Assembly (NCBI GenBank): GCA_904063045.1
Contig: CAJFCJ010000005.1
Location: 1,379,988 to 1,443,987, forward strand
Direction of reading: 5' to 3'
Length of the DNA: 64,000 bases
From: Dimorphilus gyrociliatus
Lineage: Eukaryota > Animalia > Annelida
Under the pieces are notes generated by a model that worked only from the letters and a program-made list of their open reading frames with translations, did not search any database and was not told the DNA's origin. Both the position numbers and the translations under genes were made by a program. Of this stretch, positions 48,939-61,608 are shown one piece after another (the first letter of the stretch is position 1; every line of letters begins with the position of its first letter).

Positions 48939-49931
48939 GTTGACGAGAAAGATAATCTTTACATTTTGTTTTTAGAGCTGTTGTATCTAAAGCAGAATTC
49001 TTTCTCTTTAACTCCTCCTCGGTTAGGGCTTTTACTAATCTAACAATAATTCTTTAATTTGTTTAAGATTGTCGATACTCTAAATTTGAATTTAATATTG
49101 ACAATCAGTGGCAACTTGCGTAATTTAATTTCTCTCGCTAGCGTAATTTCTCGACACCAAATCTTTCTTTTCTCTTTTTATAACGCTTAAATTTGATCGA
49201 CATGTGCTTTATTGATTGCTAGTATACGAAGTATACCATTTACTACTTGATATTTATAGGTATTGGTGCAATAGGCCCAAAAACACAATTGTAAAAATTT
49301 ATATAGGAAGCAGGCCGAATTTTATAGTTTGTTTGCCAGCTCGCATGCTATCGATCTAAGCTGTTGAAAAAAAATCAATGCGAATATATACTGCTCTACA
49401 GCCTGGTTTGTGGCTGCAATTTTAATGGAGATGATTTTTGGGCTATCTTATTCTGAATAGCTATTTTAAAGTTTTTTCTCACATAATTTGCAATGAGGTA
49501 AGTCATATGCTTATAAAAATTCAAATTTTATTTACTTTGCTCAAAGAATGAGTTCAGTATGATTACTTGAGATTTATTGTACGAGGTGTGGAAGCTGCAG
49601 TGCAAATTTTTTAAATTTTCCTTTTTGTAAATTTAGTATGAATTTTATGATTTGTCATTTCTGAGCTTTATTCCTTCTCAATTAACTGATCTCAAATAGA
49701 ACCTATAAAGAATAACAATAGGGTCTTGTTTAGAAGGTGAATATAAACTGCAAATCGTACGTTTAATATATATAGATAGCCCGCAAAATAATTCCAAGAT
49801 TTGTTAATTGAAATATATTTAAAAATCTCATTAAAACAATTTTCTATAAACTTAGAAATTCGTATTGAGTATAAATATTTATATTTTTTTCTTTCCTAAC
49901 CTTAATAACAAACACTTTCAATCCTATTTCA

Positions 49932-51634
49932 TCAGTATTTCTTCATGAACCTTGGCAGTTTATTCTCAAAATTACAGACTAATTGCATAAATGAGCTGAT
50001 CTGATCGCAAGTAGGTTTCTTAGTTATACATTTTCCAGCCAACTGTTCTAAACTATTGCAAATATAACTGTTGCTGTTATTCTTATGAGCATTACTACCA
50101 TTTTTTACGGCACGAAAAGCGCTGACTCCACTACCAATTCGATTTCTAGTCGGTTTTGGACTAGTTTGGCGATAGTCTAGTGGAGGATACACTGGGTTTG
50201 GAACATGTAAGTTGGAATGATGATTTAGAGTATCTTCTACAGAGATTGGAGATGTTACTAAGCTCGGTTTTTGATCTGTTTGCCTTTCGTTATATGTTTT
50301 CTTAAATTTTTCCGATGCTTTAGAAGGAATGGATCTTACTCCTAAATTTTCATTGTTTTCTTGCTTTCTGGATACAGAAACTTTCTTACTTATGTTAGGA
50401 TGCTGTTCTTGGCTATAGGCCACAGCATTCTTATTTTTAACTTTCAGATGAGCTTCTTTTATCTTCAGAGCCCGCCTCTGAACTTCACAATCAGAGTTAG
50501 AGTTTATTATGTATTCAGTGGAGCTTGTTAGTGAGTGGTTTTCTGCTCCAGAAGTAGCCGATTTCTGATTGCGAATAATTTTTGAATCTTTCTTAGTCTC
50601 GCTTTTCCTCCTATTTAGATACAAATCTTCATGAAGAATTTGTAAGCGTCTCTCTTCTTCCCGCTTTCTTTCAGCGGCTTCCGCAGTGTCGTATGTTTTG
50701 TTTTCCATTTTGTGCTTTATCCAACTTCGAGCATACTCTACACTAGGACCCGATTCTTCGATTTTTCTTGAAATTCTAGCTAGTTTTTCTGCATTTTCTT
50801 CAGAAATACTTACTTTAAGTATTTCATCATAGCATTTCTCTAGTTCATCTACAGCTTGATCAAATTTGTTCCTTTCTGCTTGTAGCTGAGCAGCTGCTGA
50901 CCTAGTAAAAGTGTTTTATGGATACTTATATTCGCTAAAACTTCAGTTAAGAACTATTATAATTATTGATGAAAACAAAAAGAATTGACAAATCTATTAT
51001 TCGAGATTTACATTTATTTTTTTTATCTGTGTAAATGTTTTTTTAATTGAATATTTTTTGTTTATATCGAACTTTTGAGTGAGTAATTACCTTATCATCT
51101 ATATTTATGTTTGAATGAATAACAAAGTTTAAATCTTCATTCTAATTATACGCTGTAAGTGTGAGGAAGTTTACTTTTAAAAAAAGTTAATACTACCGTC
51201 GTAAATCTTCCGCCGACCGTGAAAGAGCTGTTAGATGACGTGGGGGAGACCTTTCCACGCTTCTAGTTCTGAAGTGCAATCTAGATTCAAACTTAGGAGT
51301 ACTTGGTGGGGTTCTTAGAACTGTAATTGAGGTTGAGGAAGAGGATACATTTTCTATCGATTTGCTCAGAGCAATTTTCCGTGGTCTGGGAGGAACTCTT
51401 CTCTCATACTCATCCTTTCTTGATACATGCTGTGTTGGTACAAAATTTTCTTGACTTCGAAACTTTCCAAACATGTTACTCAGCTCTACTGTATTGCGAA
51501 CAGCAAGACTGCTTCTGCACTACTGCAGGAAAAAATTTCAGTCAGATACTGACTGTAATAATTCTTTTCCGTACGCTCCGTTATATATGTTTATAACTAT
51601 TTACTGCGCAGGGTAAAATTTTCGACTGCTGCAT
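49932..51634 (-). CDS. Uncharacterised basic, low-complexity protein with a central coiled coil
   Basis: ORF 51193-51474 splices in phase (CG|gtagta ... actag|G) to an exon starting near 50901 that runs through ORF 49932-50708. The coiled coil is RSAAAQLQAERNKFDQAVDELEKCYDEIL. The start exon (ATG 51634) is tentative. Confidence 0.65.
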
Positions 51635-52045
51635 TTTGCGGATGTTTTTTGTATTTTTCAGGGCTTATGTACCGTAACTTACTTGTGGAAATAGTTAGCA
51701 AAAGTTTTACGGTAGACCTGCTTCTGAGATAGGCTCTTTTAAACCTCTTGTACAAAAAATCTTAAACTTTTTTATTGCTTATAGAGCATTTGACACAAGA
51801 AACAACATTTAAAACTAATAAAATAATTTAAATGCTATATTGAGAATTGAGCTATCTACTATATGTAAATTTGCATAAGGTGTATATTTAAAAATATATC
51901 TGTATATGTATAGAATATTTATCTTTAAATTCTTAACGTTAAAGAGATTTATCTATATAAAAATATAGTTTCACTTTAGATTACTCTACAATTCACAATC
52001 AATCTATAATAGTATAAATTATGTGGCTAACAAAGTTGCACTAAA

Positions 52046-52157
52046 AGAGATAGAGCAAGGCACATTTGAGTTCTACTCACAGATTATTTATTGTCTATCA
52101 ACGAATGAGAGTTGGAAATCTAGAATGTCAGATTGTTGTGCCTTGCCTTCTATCTCT
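52046..52157. other. Intergenic inverted repeat able to form a ~30-bp interrupted hairpin
   Basis: AGAGATAGA/TCTATCTCT (9 bp), GCAAGGCACA/TGTGCCTTGC (10 bp), TTTGA/TCAGA and GTTCTA/TAGAAT, separated by small bulges on the 3' arm. Confidence 0.6.
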
Positions 52158-52437
52158 GAGGTAGCTAGGCTAAAGATTTCCAAGTAACCTACTATACCTT
52201 TTCTCAAATTTACGAGCTGTAGGCCGGCAACATAACACATTAGTCATGTGTTTGTCTTTGGCCTGTTGCTGTTGCATATATAGTAGCGTAAAGTAACATA
52301 CAGTTGACTCACGGGTTGATGGATTTCTTTTTTCGAACAGGCAGACCTAATAGACATTATGAGAAATATCTTATCTGCTATATAATTGGACATAAGGATA
52401 CATAATTAAAAAAAACGAGCTTCACCGAATATTAATA

Positions 52438-55053
52438 ATGTCCAGGTCAATCTACTTCAGGAAAAGTGGAAAATCACCTAGGTTATTCCGCGATCTTGCA
52501 GGATTTCGTTCATTTTCCATGCTGAATTTAAGGGAAACGGATTATGAAGAGTTAAATAAAATTTTATACAATAAAGATATGGAGAGAAGTCGGAAAAGGA
52601 AAAGCAGTTTACTATTTACTAGAGGAACTTTCAAACAGCTGAGGTTTGAGGGGTTTAAACGCCATTATATTATTAATATCAGGCTTTTGCATTGATTTCA
52701 CTTAACTAAGTTTCTTCCTTTTCCGAATGCAATTTAGTATTTAAATTTTCTTGCATACCTAACATAATTATAAATAATAATCAATGACAAGATAGTATTA
52801 ATGGCGTTTTATACATATTAAACATTATACATGTTATGTGAAATATAAACAAAATATAAATAGCTTTATTTTACTGATGTTGTTTAATTTTTTAGATTAT
52901 TAAGACTTCATATGCATAGATGGAACCTTTTTTTTAGACCTCAAGATAACTCTTATCATTACTTCCAGATGGTCAAAGAAGAAAAAAGCTACATCAGATA
53001 TTCTTTGGGCAAGGAAACCTGACGATCTGCCAGATGCAAGACTAAAAAAAATGTCATTTAATTTATTTGCCGCATGTACTGGACCGGCAAATGGTTTGTG
53101 TGATGTCAATGAACACCTTCCTTCAGCTCTAATAACAGATATAAATTGGAATTCGAAAAATCGAAAAGCCTATGGAGTTTCAGAATCCTTGTATGAAAAA
53201 CATCCAATTTCTGGAAAGATCACTGGGGAACCTGTTGCTGACTCCTATGCAATCGTAGCTAGGAAAGATAATGCATTATTAGTAGTTGCTGATGGAGTAA
53301 ACTGGGGAGAAAAATCAATGAAAGCTGCTAGGAGTGCAATATATGGTGTCGTTAGGTAAGTACATGAAGCTATTGATTTCTGTCAAAAGTATAATATACA
53401 CTAAACCTATTTTTTAGGTATGTTTGTCAGAACTTATTCACTGAAAGCCAAGTCTTCAAAACTAAAGAGCTGTTCAAAGTTTTACGTTCATCAGTTGATG
53501 CTGCTCACCAAGTTATTTTAGAAACACAGGGTGGCTTAACAACCCTATGTGTAGCTTTTGTCGCCCCCTTATCAAACTCAAAGCAATTCGCAATTTGTAT
53601 TGTAAATGTTGGCGACTCTTTAGGCTATGTTTTTTCTCGACATCATGGTATTCGGGAAATAACTACTGCTAGTCATGACATCACTGTGGAAAGAAATATA
53701 CGAGATGCTCGCGGGGCCATAGGACCTGTTAGAGGTAAATTTTTCTAATTTTTATATGAGCAAAATAATTTCTGTCTTCTATAGGAAATGATCCTGATTT
53801 AGCAAATTTAACTTGTTCGATGACTTTCTGCGATGCTGGTGATATTGTTTTTCTTACAACCGATGGTGTATCTGACAACTTTGATCCTGTTGTGACAAAA
53901 GTAGCAGTCGCACCGAAGCAAACTCGATCGAAAAGTGACAGTGATGCTCCTATCGAAAACGGAGAGGAATTTACTTCAGTAGCATATGAGTGCGGTATTG
54001 CTCAAGACGGACGACCAGAAATGACCCCTTCAGAACGGCATCAATATGCTGTGAAAGAAATGGAAAGAATAATACACGAGCAAGAACTTGAAACGGAGCA
54101 GAGTATTTCCGCACAAGAATTATGCGCATCAATAATACTGCACGTGGTGAAATTAACAGAGAAAAGAAGAAGAATTTTAGAAAATCCACAAGTTTGGAAA
54201 AAGTTAAAGAGTGAAGAAGCTAAAAAAAAGAGAGATGACGCCGTAAGGGAAAAACTTAGAGCTGAGCCTGGTAAACTAGATCACGCAACAATTGTTGCTT
54301 ATGAAATTGGAGTATTTCAAGGAAATGAAAATGAGAATTATGAGGAGGAGAGTGATCATGAGCTAGTCTTATGTTCTAGTCCTGGTTATGGAGATTATAC
54401 GGTTCGTGTTTCTTTAGATTTAATACTCTGACTGTTCAGCATTTTTATAAGCTACCCATACAATATAACGTTGAACAGTCTTTGTATATCTCGTAACCAT
54501 CGTTTCAGTTTGATTTTACAACATATTTACCTAAAATCTTTTCATACTAATTCATGAATTAGAAGTCAAAGGTAGGCACTAATCGAGTGTTTTTGTTGTG
54601 TAAATAAACTTTGCATGAGTTTTTCAAAGCGTAAAATTAGAAGCTTAGGAAAACTTTATGATTAATTAATTACACGTTAGCATTTAAATATTTATCTTTT
54701 AATTAAAACACCTTAGATTTTGCCGTGTGCATGAGTGTGTATATTAAATTTTGATATTAAAAAAGACTTTTACCTATACACCATAAATTCATTCTACATT
54801 CAAGTATTTAGATAGTACGTGATTGTAGTTGTAAAGATTTTCATTACATGTGCAAACCATTGAATAATATACTGAGGAATCAGGTTTCCACTGCTTAATC
54901 TGAAAGTTTATATTTATTTTGTACTGTTGTTAACAGGCTCCAATTGCACAGTTCGATTCATTCGAGTCAGAAAGCGAACAAGAGACGACAACAACCCTAA
55001 AAGATGACGAAAGTGACTCGATATCACAGAAGTTTGAAGAATTTGTTGTTTAG
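52438..55053 (+). CDS. PP2C-like domain-containing protein (Drosophila CG9801 type)
   Basis: AYGVSESLYEKHP..GEPVADSYAIVAR..VVADGVNWGE, NVGDS, FLTTDGVSDNFDP and GKLDHATIV retain the PPM metal-binding Asp motifs. The terminal exon 54937-55053 is inferred from phase. Confidence 0.85.
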
Positions 55054-56073
55054 TCCCTTATTTTACCCTGTATTTTCTAAAACAAAAAATACATAGATAC
55101 TATTTAAATTCAAATCGCCACCGACGATGTTTTCATTTTCAAAGCATAAGATCTTAGATATTCGGTAGATGTCACTAAAGTTTTTTTTTTAAAAGTGATT
55201 TGCACCAGACTTTTTATATCCAACTTTATTGCCATGTAGTGGTTGTTGTAGACTAAAAGTAAGAAATCGAAAGAAGCTGAAAATTTTAAAACATTAATTT
55301 CAAAAAATTAAATATTCAATACTTCTATTTTCTATCAAGCATTTAATTTTCAATTTCGCAATAAATTTCTTATTTATTCAAGTTTCCAATTGCAACTCAT
55401 TCATATTCAAAATTAATCCCATTGTTGACAACATTTTATCTCCTCAGGACGTTGAATTTGACAAATAGCTAAGGTGAAAATCTCGTCTCCCGCGAACAAG
55501 TCCTATATATAGGGCAGATAGTTGCTATTCAATGAATCTATGCGTCAAAATTATCTTTCTCACGAACGCAAATTCATAAAAATATTTTACTAAAATTATC
55601 TAGTTCTAATAAATACTTTATTGTCTTGAAACCATCTTCTTAATTTCAGAATAAACGCTTATCTAAGAACGAGAGTAAGAATATTTTTTTTAAATCGAAA
55701 ATTTATGGCGACAACCAATAAAAAGCCCATTAGAAAGACACTTTCAATCGATAATCTATATCCTATTCTCAAATAATTGAGCGTTAGTTGAATTGTACTG
55801 TTCAAAAAAGTTCGTGATTATCTTGTTTTACACCCCATAGTGTCTGATAGTTCAAGTATTGATTCTTAAAATATTTATTGCGTATTTTTTTTACTAAGCT
55901 GAAAAAGAAAATTTTCAAACATAGTTTAGCTTTTGGACGTTAAAAAACTTTGAATAAACATATCATAGATTGCACATTTTGATAAAACCTTTAATGCAAA
56001 GTAGTTCAGTGTTTGAAGTGTGTAGTATCAGAAGAAAAAGTGCTTAAAATACTGAATGTCTTTAGTATTAAGA

Positions 56074-57889
56074 CTACAGTACTACAGCAGCAAAACTGAT
56101 AATAATAACTAAAAAAGTAATAATGAAAAAAATGTAATCTACAATAACTGCCAATCCTTGCCATTCAGCTGCAATAGCTCCTTCTTCTTCTTCAGCCTTA
56201 GCCTTATCAAGCAAGTAATTCATGTAATTATTTGATTGACCATTATCAATTTGATTCTTCTCTTCAGTAGGAGGAGGCGGTGATACCAAGTCCGTTCTTG
56301 AATTTTCGGTATCAATAGCAGCTACTTTGGTGGTATTCGGTGAATCTTCAACTTCCGGAACTGCCTTCTGAATGCAGAATGCTTTTGCAAGATATTTAAA
56401 TGCAATAACTCTAATCCATCTTGGAGGTCTTGAATGGGTACCATGATGATGCAGAACTAGTACAAAAATATTCGCAACGACTCCTCCAGTACAAATACCC
56501 GAAATGAGAACAAGCATGTAACTCAGAATAGGTATGTAATCAGAAGTTCGCGGTAAATGATCTGCGACCATAAGCTGCAACACACTAAATGCCAGAAGGA
56601 TAGTTATTCCCAGAGAAACCTTTTCACCTGCATAAGAAAATTTAAAATTATTTTAATGTAAATTCCAAGACCATCTATTTACCTGATTCACAAGGTAGCC
56701 AGAACATCAGCCATGTAAGTATTAGAAGAAATACACAGGGTAAAATAATATTCAAGGCGTAAAAAGTTCTTTTACGCGTAAAATTAAAAGTTATCTTAAG
56801 TCGCGGATATTTCAAGTGGTCAGTCAATTTTGCGCTTTCAATTTTTTCCACAGAGGTGGTCGCAATGTGCCACTCTCCATGTTGGTCATAATTTGTTAAA
56901 TCGACTACATCATGTCCAGCATTAAGAGTGAGGGCATTGTCTCCATGAAGCCAAGATACCCATAAGTGTTCGCACGTTTGCTGTTTATAGTCAAGACGAT
57001 ATTATTTACTAAAATGTAAGAATTAGTATACAATACTTTATCAAATGGGTAGGTGGTAACATGTAAAGTACAAGATGTTGTAAACTCTCCTCCAAATATC
57101 CATAAAACTTCCCCAGTATATCTTATACTAACTCGAAAATTGTAAACCCAGTCAGAGGTAATGAAATATGATACTCCATTATCCAAACCAAGGTCAGGAG
57201 TCCATACCTTTGAAGCTGGTATAATGATGTGATCAACACCCCCAAAATTTGCCGGTGTCCACTGAAGAAAATCATCCGTCCATGTCTGAATGTTTAAAAA
57301 CAGTTAATAAAAATAACGATTAAAATTCTGGTCGACCCTTACCGCAATAACTAGTCCGGATACATGAAGAACTTCATCAACCTCCTCCAATTTTTGGAGT
57401 TTATGTAGTTCGAGCCTTAAGGTAACATCAACAGGTTTTGTAGAATCTTTTCTTGGTCTTATAGCAGGTTGATAATGTTGCATTAAAAAATCATATATTT
57501 TTCTTTCATAATTATTTTGCACTGTCAGGGTAAGATATAGCGCGATAAATTATTTATAAATTATGAGTCAGAGCTGTTCTCAAAAGATGTTATTCTTACT
57601 AATGGAATAATAATTTTTATCATAATAAATTTATGAGTTTGAAGTACAGCTCTTTCGTTCATTAATTTACAGTGTATAATGCAAGAGAAATTTGAAATTA
57701 GCAGAATATTTTTATTAGTTTATTTCGACCGTAAAAATACACTTTCTTCGATCTATAAACTAAGCTTTTAATTAAAGTGTATTGTATTTTAATAAAAAAG
57801 TTAATTAACAAATTTTAATATTTTGTAAATAGCTTACCGTCAACAGCAGAGCATAAATAAATAAAGGCAAAAAAGAGAAATAGTTTCAT
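56074..57889 (-). CDS. Nicotinic acetylcholine receptor-type Cys-loop channel subunit, non-alpha, predicted cation-selective
   Basis: Signal peptide exon (ATG 57889), WTDDFLQW, VWTPDL, Cys-loop CTLHVTTYPFDKQTC and M1 LNIILPC. M2 is GEKVSLGITILLAFSVLQLMVAD, with M3, M4 and a short M3-M4 loop. Loop C has no vicinal cysteines. Confidence 0.93.
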
Positions 57890-57955
57890 ATTCTATCAGT
57901 GAGTACGTCTACTGCGAAGGATCGTCGACAAATAGCTGGAAGTCAGCTACTACTA

Positions 57956-57958
<3 letters not shown>

Positions 57959-57986
<28 letters not shown>
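57959..57986. repeat. (AT)14 microsatellite just upstream of the nAChR-like start codon
   Basis: Perfect 28-bp AT run, read directly. Confidence 0.95.
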
Positions 57987-57989
<3 letters not shown>

Positions 57990-58821
57990 ATTATTTGACC
58001 AATTACAATTAATAAAAATTGAATAAGCTTACTAATAGGCCTTGTCGCTTTTTTCTTATATGAATGGCTATTAGTTTCCATATCAAATTTGATTCAAACA
58101 ATTATATACAACTACTTTATGCCAACCAGTTTAAACTCAACTTAGGTTATTGATCTTAAAAAATCAATTTTAATTGTTTACAGAAAGAATTTATAATCTT
58201 AAAAAAATGTTTATCGCTTTTACTTTTGTTGTTTGCAATGCGATAACGGAGTAGTCTTTATGCAAACAAAGTTATAACGTGGTATCTATTTTATTTGACT
58301 TATATATTTATTGGCGTCGTCACAATAGTTTACAATGAAAGTGTTGACTAGCAATTACTATACAAAGGTTATTCATTGGGGTATGATTGCTGTATAAATA
58401 CAAGAAATATGCGATCTTTCTACTTTTCGGAAACAAAATGTAAAGTTCATTATCCTATTCTGTAACATCTACTAATTTAATCTCAGAAAATAGTCAGCAA
58501 GTATCAAGGTATAAAAAAGTGAATACTTTATGAAAAAAAATTTTAAACTGATTAAACAGTATATGTAATAAAAAGAAAATACTTATACAGCAGACAGTTA
58601 CTGTAAAAACTGTAGTTATATATATCATATACTCAATCATATACAGTCAAAATTTTCTCAAACATTCATCGTTAGTAGTAGTCATATAATCCAAAAAAGA
58701 GAAATTTAAAAAAATGCATTAAATCTCATGAAAACGAGATTCTCAATTATCTAAATATATTAAACAATGAGTAAGACTAGAAAGTTACACATGAAAATAA
58801 ATCTTAAATTATTGAGAAATC

Positions 58822-60630
58822 TTAACAACTAATAGGTTTCTTTTCAGATTTTTCCTCTTTTAGCTCCTGTTCTTTTTTCTATAAAAAATAAATATTTTAT
58901 GAATATGCAGTATTCATAAAAGCATTTAAGTTTATGTCTATATAATATCATACAAAATTAAATAAGTATCTATTTTTTATCATCAAGTTAATTTACCTGA
59001 GAATTCCATTTAGGTAAAATTCGTCGACGTGCATTTGTAAACCAATAATTTATTTGGTTGATAGTCAATTTTGTCTTTTGTATCAACATTTCTTTTTCGT
59101 CATCATTTGGATACGGATTGTCTTGGTGCTCTCTTAGCCAATCAAGCATAATAGCAACAGACTTTCGGGGAAAATTATTAATTAATTTTTATGCCATTTT
59201 TTAAACATTTTAGTATACCTCTTTAGGTAGTACAGCTTTCTTTCCAGGTTGTTTCGGCTGTAATTCACTATTCATACTATACTCAATACCCCCATACATA
59301 TTATAAGGTGGTTCGTTATAGCAGGCTCGAGGATTTCGATGCATTGGAGATCCAGGCATCGGTGGCATATGCAAGGGGGATCCAGAGAGAGGGTGATGCA
59401 TAGAAGGTGATCCTGGATTGCCTGGTATTTGATGCATGGGGGGACCCGGCTGTGGTGGTGGAGGCGGGGGTGGGTAATTCTCTCCATAATGAGTAGGAGG
59501 CAATCCACCATGGCATGGAGACAAAGGAGATGCTGCTGCGATTTGGCATTGTGAAGGGGGCGCCGGATCTAAAGGAGCATGTTGAGGTGGCATCTGAGGA
59601 ACTGGAAGAGCCTGCTGAGATGGCATAGGTCCGTTCTGTGGTGTGGCTGGACCTTGAAGTACTGATAATGGTGGTGGTTGGGGCACAGGAGGTAACTGTT
59701 GAGTTCGTACCTTTTGTATTTTAGCTGTGAGAAATCAAAACCAATAGATTAACTTGAATCGAACATAAAATGTAACTGACTTATTAGAGATTGGTGGGCA
59801 TATCGTAATGCATCCATAAGAACATTGTCAACACTGGAATTTCCACTGCTCTCAGAAGTCCTATTACGCATAACAAAGTTTCTTAACAATCTTTCGAAGT
59901 CGGCAGGTAAATTTGCAATTAACTGAAAATAGTTAAAAAATTTTTCATGAAGTAATTAAAACTTTTTCATGTTGTAACTTACTTGTCTTGGAAAGGTAGG
60001 GAGTGAAAAATTCATGTCAGCTAAGACCAAGTCCCGAAGTAAAGGAAACAAAGGATGTGACCGAAATGCGGGTGACTCGTCACAAATCAATTTTTGCATA
60101 AATTGTTGTTGCACAGTTAATGGGGTCGGCATAGCCGCACCAACAGAAGTTTGCTGACACGATGTTCTAGCATAGGGGCTGTAATCATGGTTGGTTTTAT
60201 GCAAGATCTTGTGCCTCACGGGAGTTCTATAATGGTCCTGCAATATTCAAAGATAAGCGGAAAATATTAATACCAATGAAGGCAGTTTTACCTCATGACA
60301 GTCGTTGACGCCAAATGGTATGATTTCATCAAGATCATCTTCTTTGTGTCCTCCTACTCCGTTGTTATTTGTTCCAGATGGAGCGATCTTTGGATTTAAA
60401 TCAATGAAATCCAAATCCATAGAATCCTTAATGCCGATATCCTTACATATCTCATCCAATAAATCATTTCTGACGCGATCATTTTCATAGACAATATTTC
60501 TCATCCCAGTGTCCACTTCATCAGGATCACCCGGATCGTAATACAATGATTTTTTAGGAGTTGAGTTTCGACAAGGACTTGATTGTTGTACTCCACAATC
60601 TAGTGGTGTCGGTTCTCGGTAGTGCATCAT
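58822..60630 (-). CDS. Divergent TALE-class homeobox transcription factor with a degenerate Meis/Pknox-like N-terminal domain
   Basis: The spliced homeodomain [57 protein letters not shown] has the TALE PYP loop. The HR1-like segment is [12 protein letters not shown] and the HR2-like segment is [17 protein letters not shown] Pro-rich linker lies between; stop at 58822-58824. Confidence 0.92.
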
Positions 60631-61608
60631 TTTCTTGACTATAACAAAGTTTCCATGAAAAAGATAGATCACGCCTCTAAGTAGTCTAAATAGTTTCTTA
60701 CTTATATTACTTACTTATTGCAAAATATTAATAAATAAATTGAAAGTTTACTTCTTATTATCACAAAGCCTCCAAAACTGGACTTTTAATTTGGCTACAT
60801 AATAATATTAACCAACTTTAGCGATTTGGTTTACTAGAAAGTTGGTGAAAATTTAAATGGCGCACAAAGCGAAAAAAACCCTACACGCCTACTATCAAAA
60901 AATGGTATTTTCTCTACCTTAAATTACTATCAAACTTTACAAAGACAACCAATTATTTAATAATAGTTAAATTTTATAAAAATATTTACAAAATAAATCT
61001 AATATACATTCAAAAATGATGTATTTGCTTACCTAGACTGATCTTTAAAAGACTCTGGACACCATAAAATCAGCATTGGAATGCCGTTTCAAAAACGGTT
61101 AAAAGTATGGCTCGGTAATCTGTGTCTAAATTCTAGCTGCAAAAAATAAGGGGAGTTTGAACGTCTTTGTTTCAGTAATTCAGTTGGAATCAGTTAATTT
61201 ATTTCTTTATTTACTGTGTAGTCAGATACATAGTATTTGGAACAGATATTTCAATATATATATATATTGAATCAAAGCGTCAGTTCTTTTTTCTTTCGTT
61301 ATATTGTTAACATTGACACAACATCACACAAAAAAACTTACAGCTTTTTTGAAATTTTTTTATCAAAGATCTACTGAAAATCTTTTGTCTTTATAATTGA
61401 TTGGATTAGATGATTATTTAAGTTCCTCGTAGTATTATAGTAGATGATCATATTTTGTTTATAGAAAATTGTTTATTTTTATGGATACATAATTTTCACG
61501 AGAATAAACAAAACATCAAAGTTGTGAATATCGAAACAAGATTTGAAATAATTCTTGCTAAATAAGTTAACTACAACCTTTGCAAAATGAAGAAACGTAA
61601 CAATTACA

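Noticed and set aside
52190-52290. Minus-strand MQQQQAKDKH.. mini-ORF next to the hairpin
   Set aside because: It would need a 28-nt intron to extend and is shorter than chance expectation.
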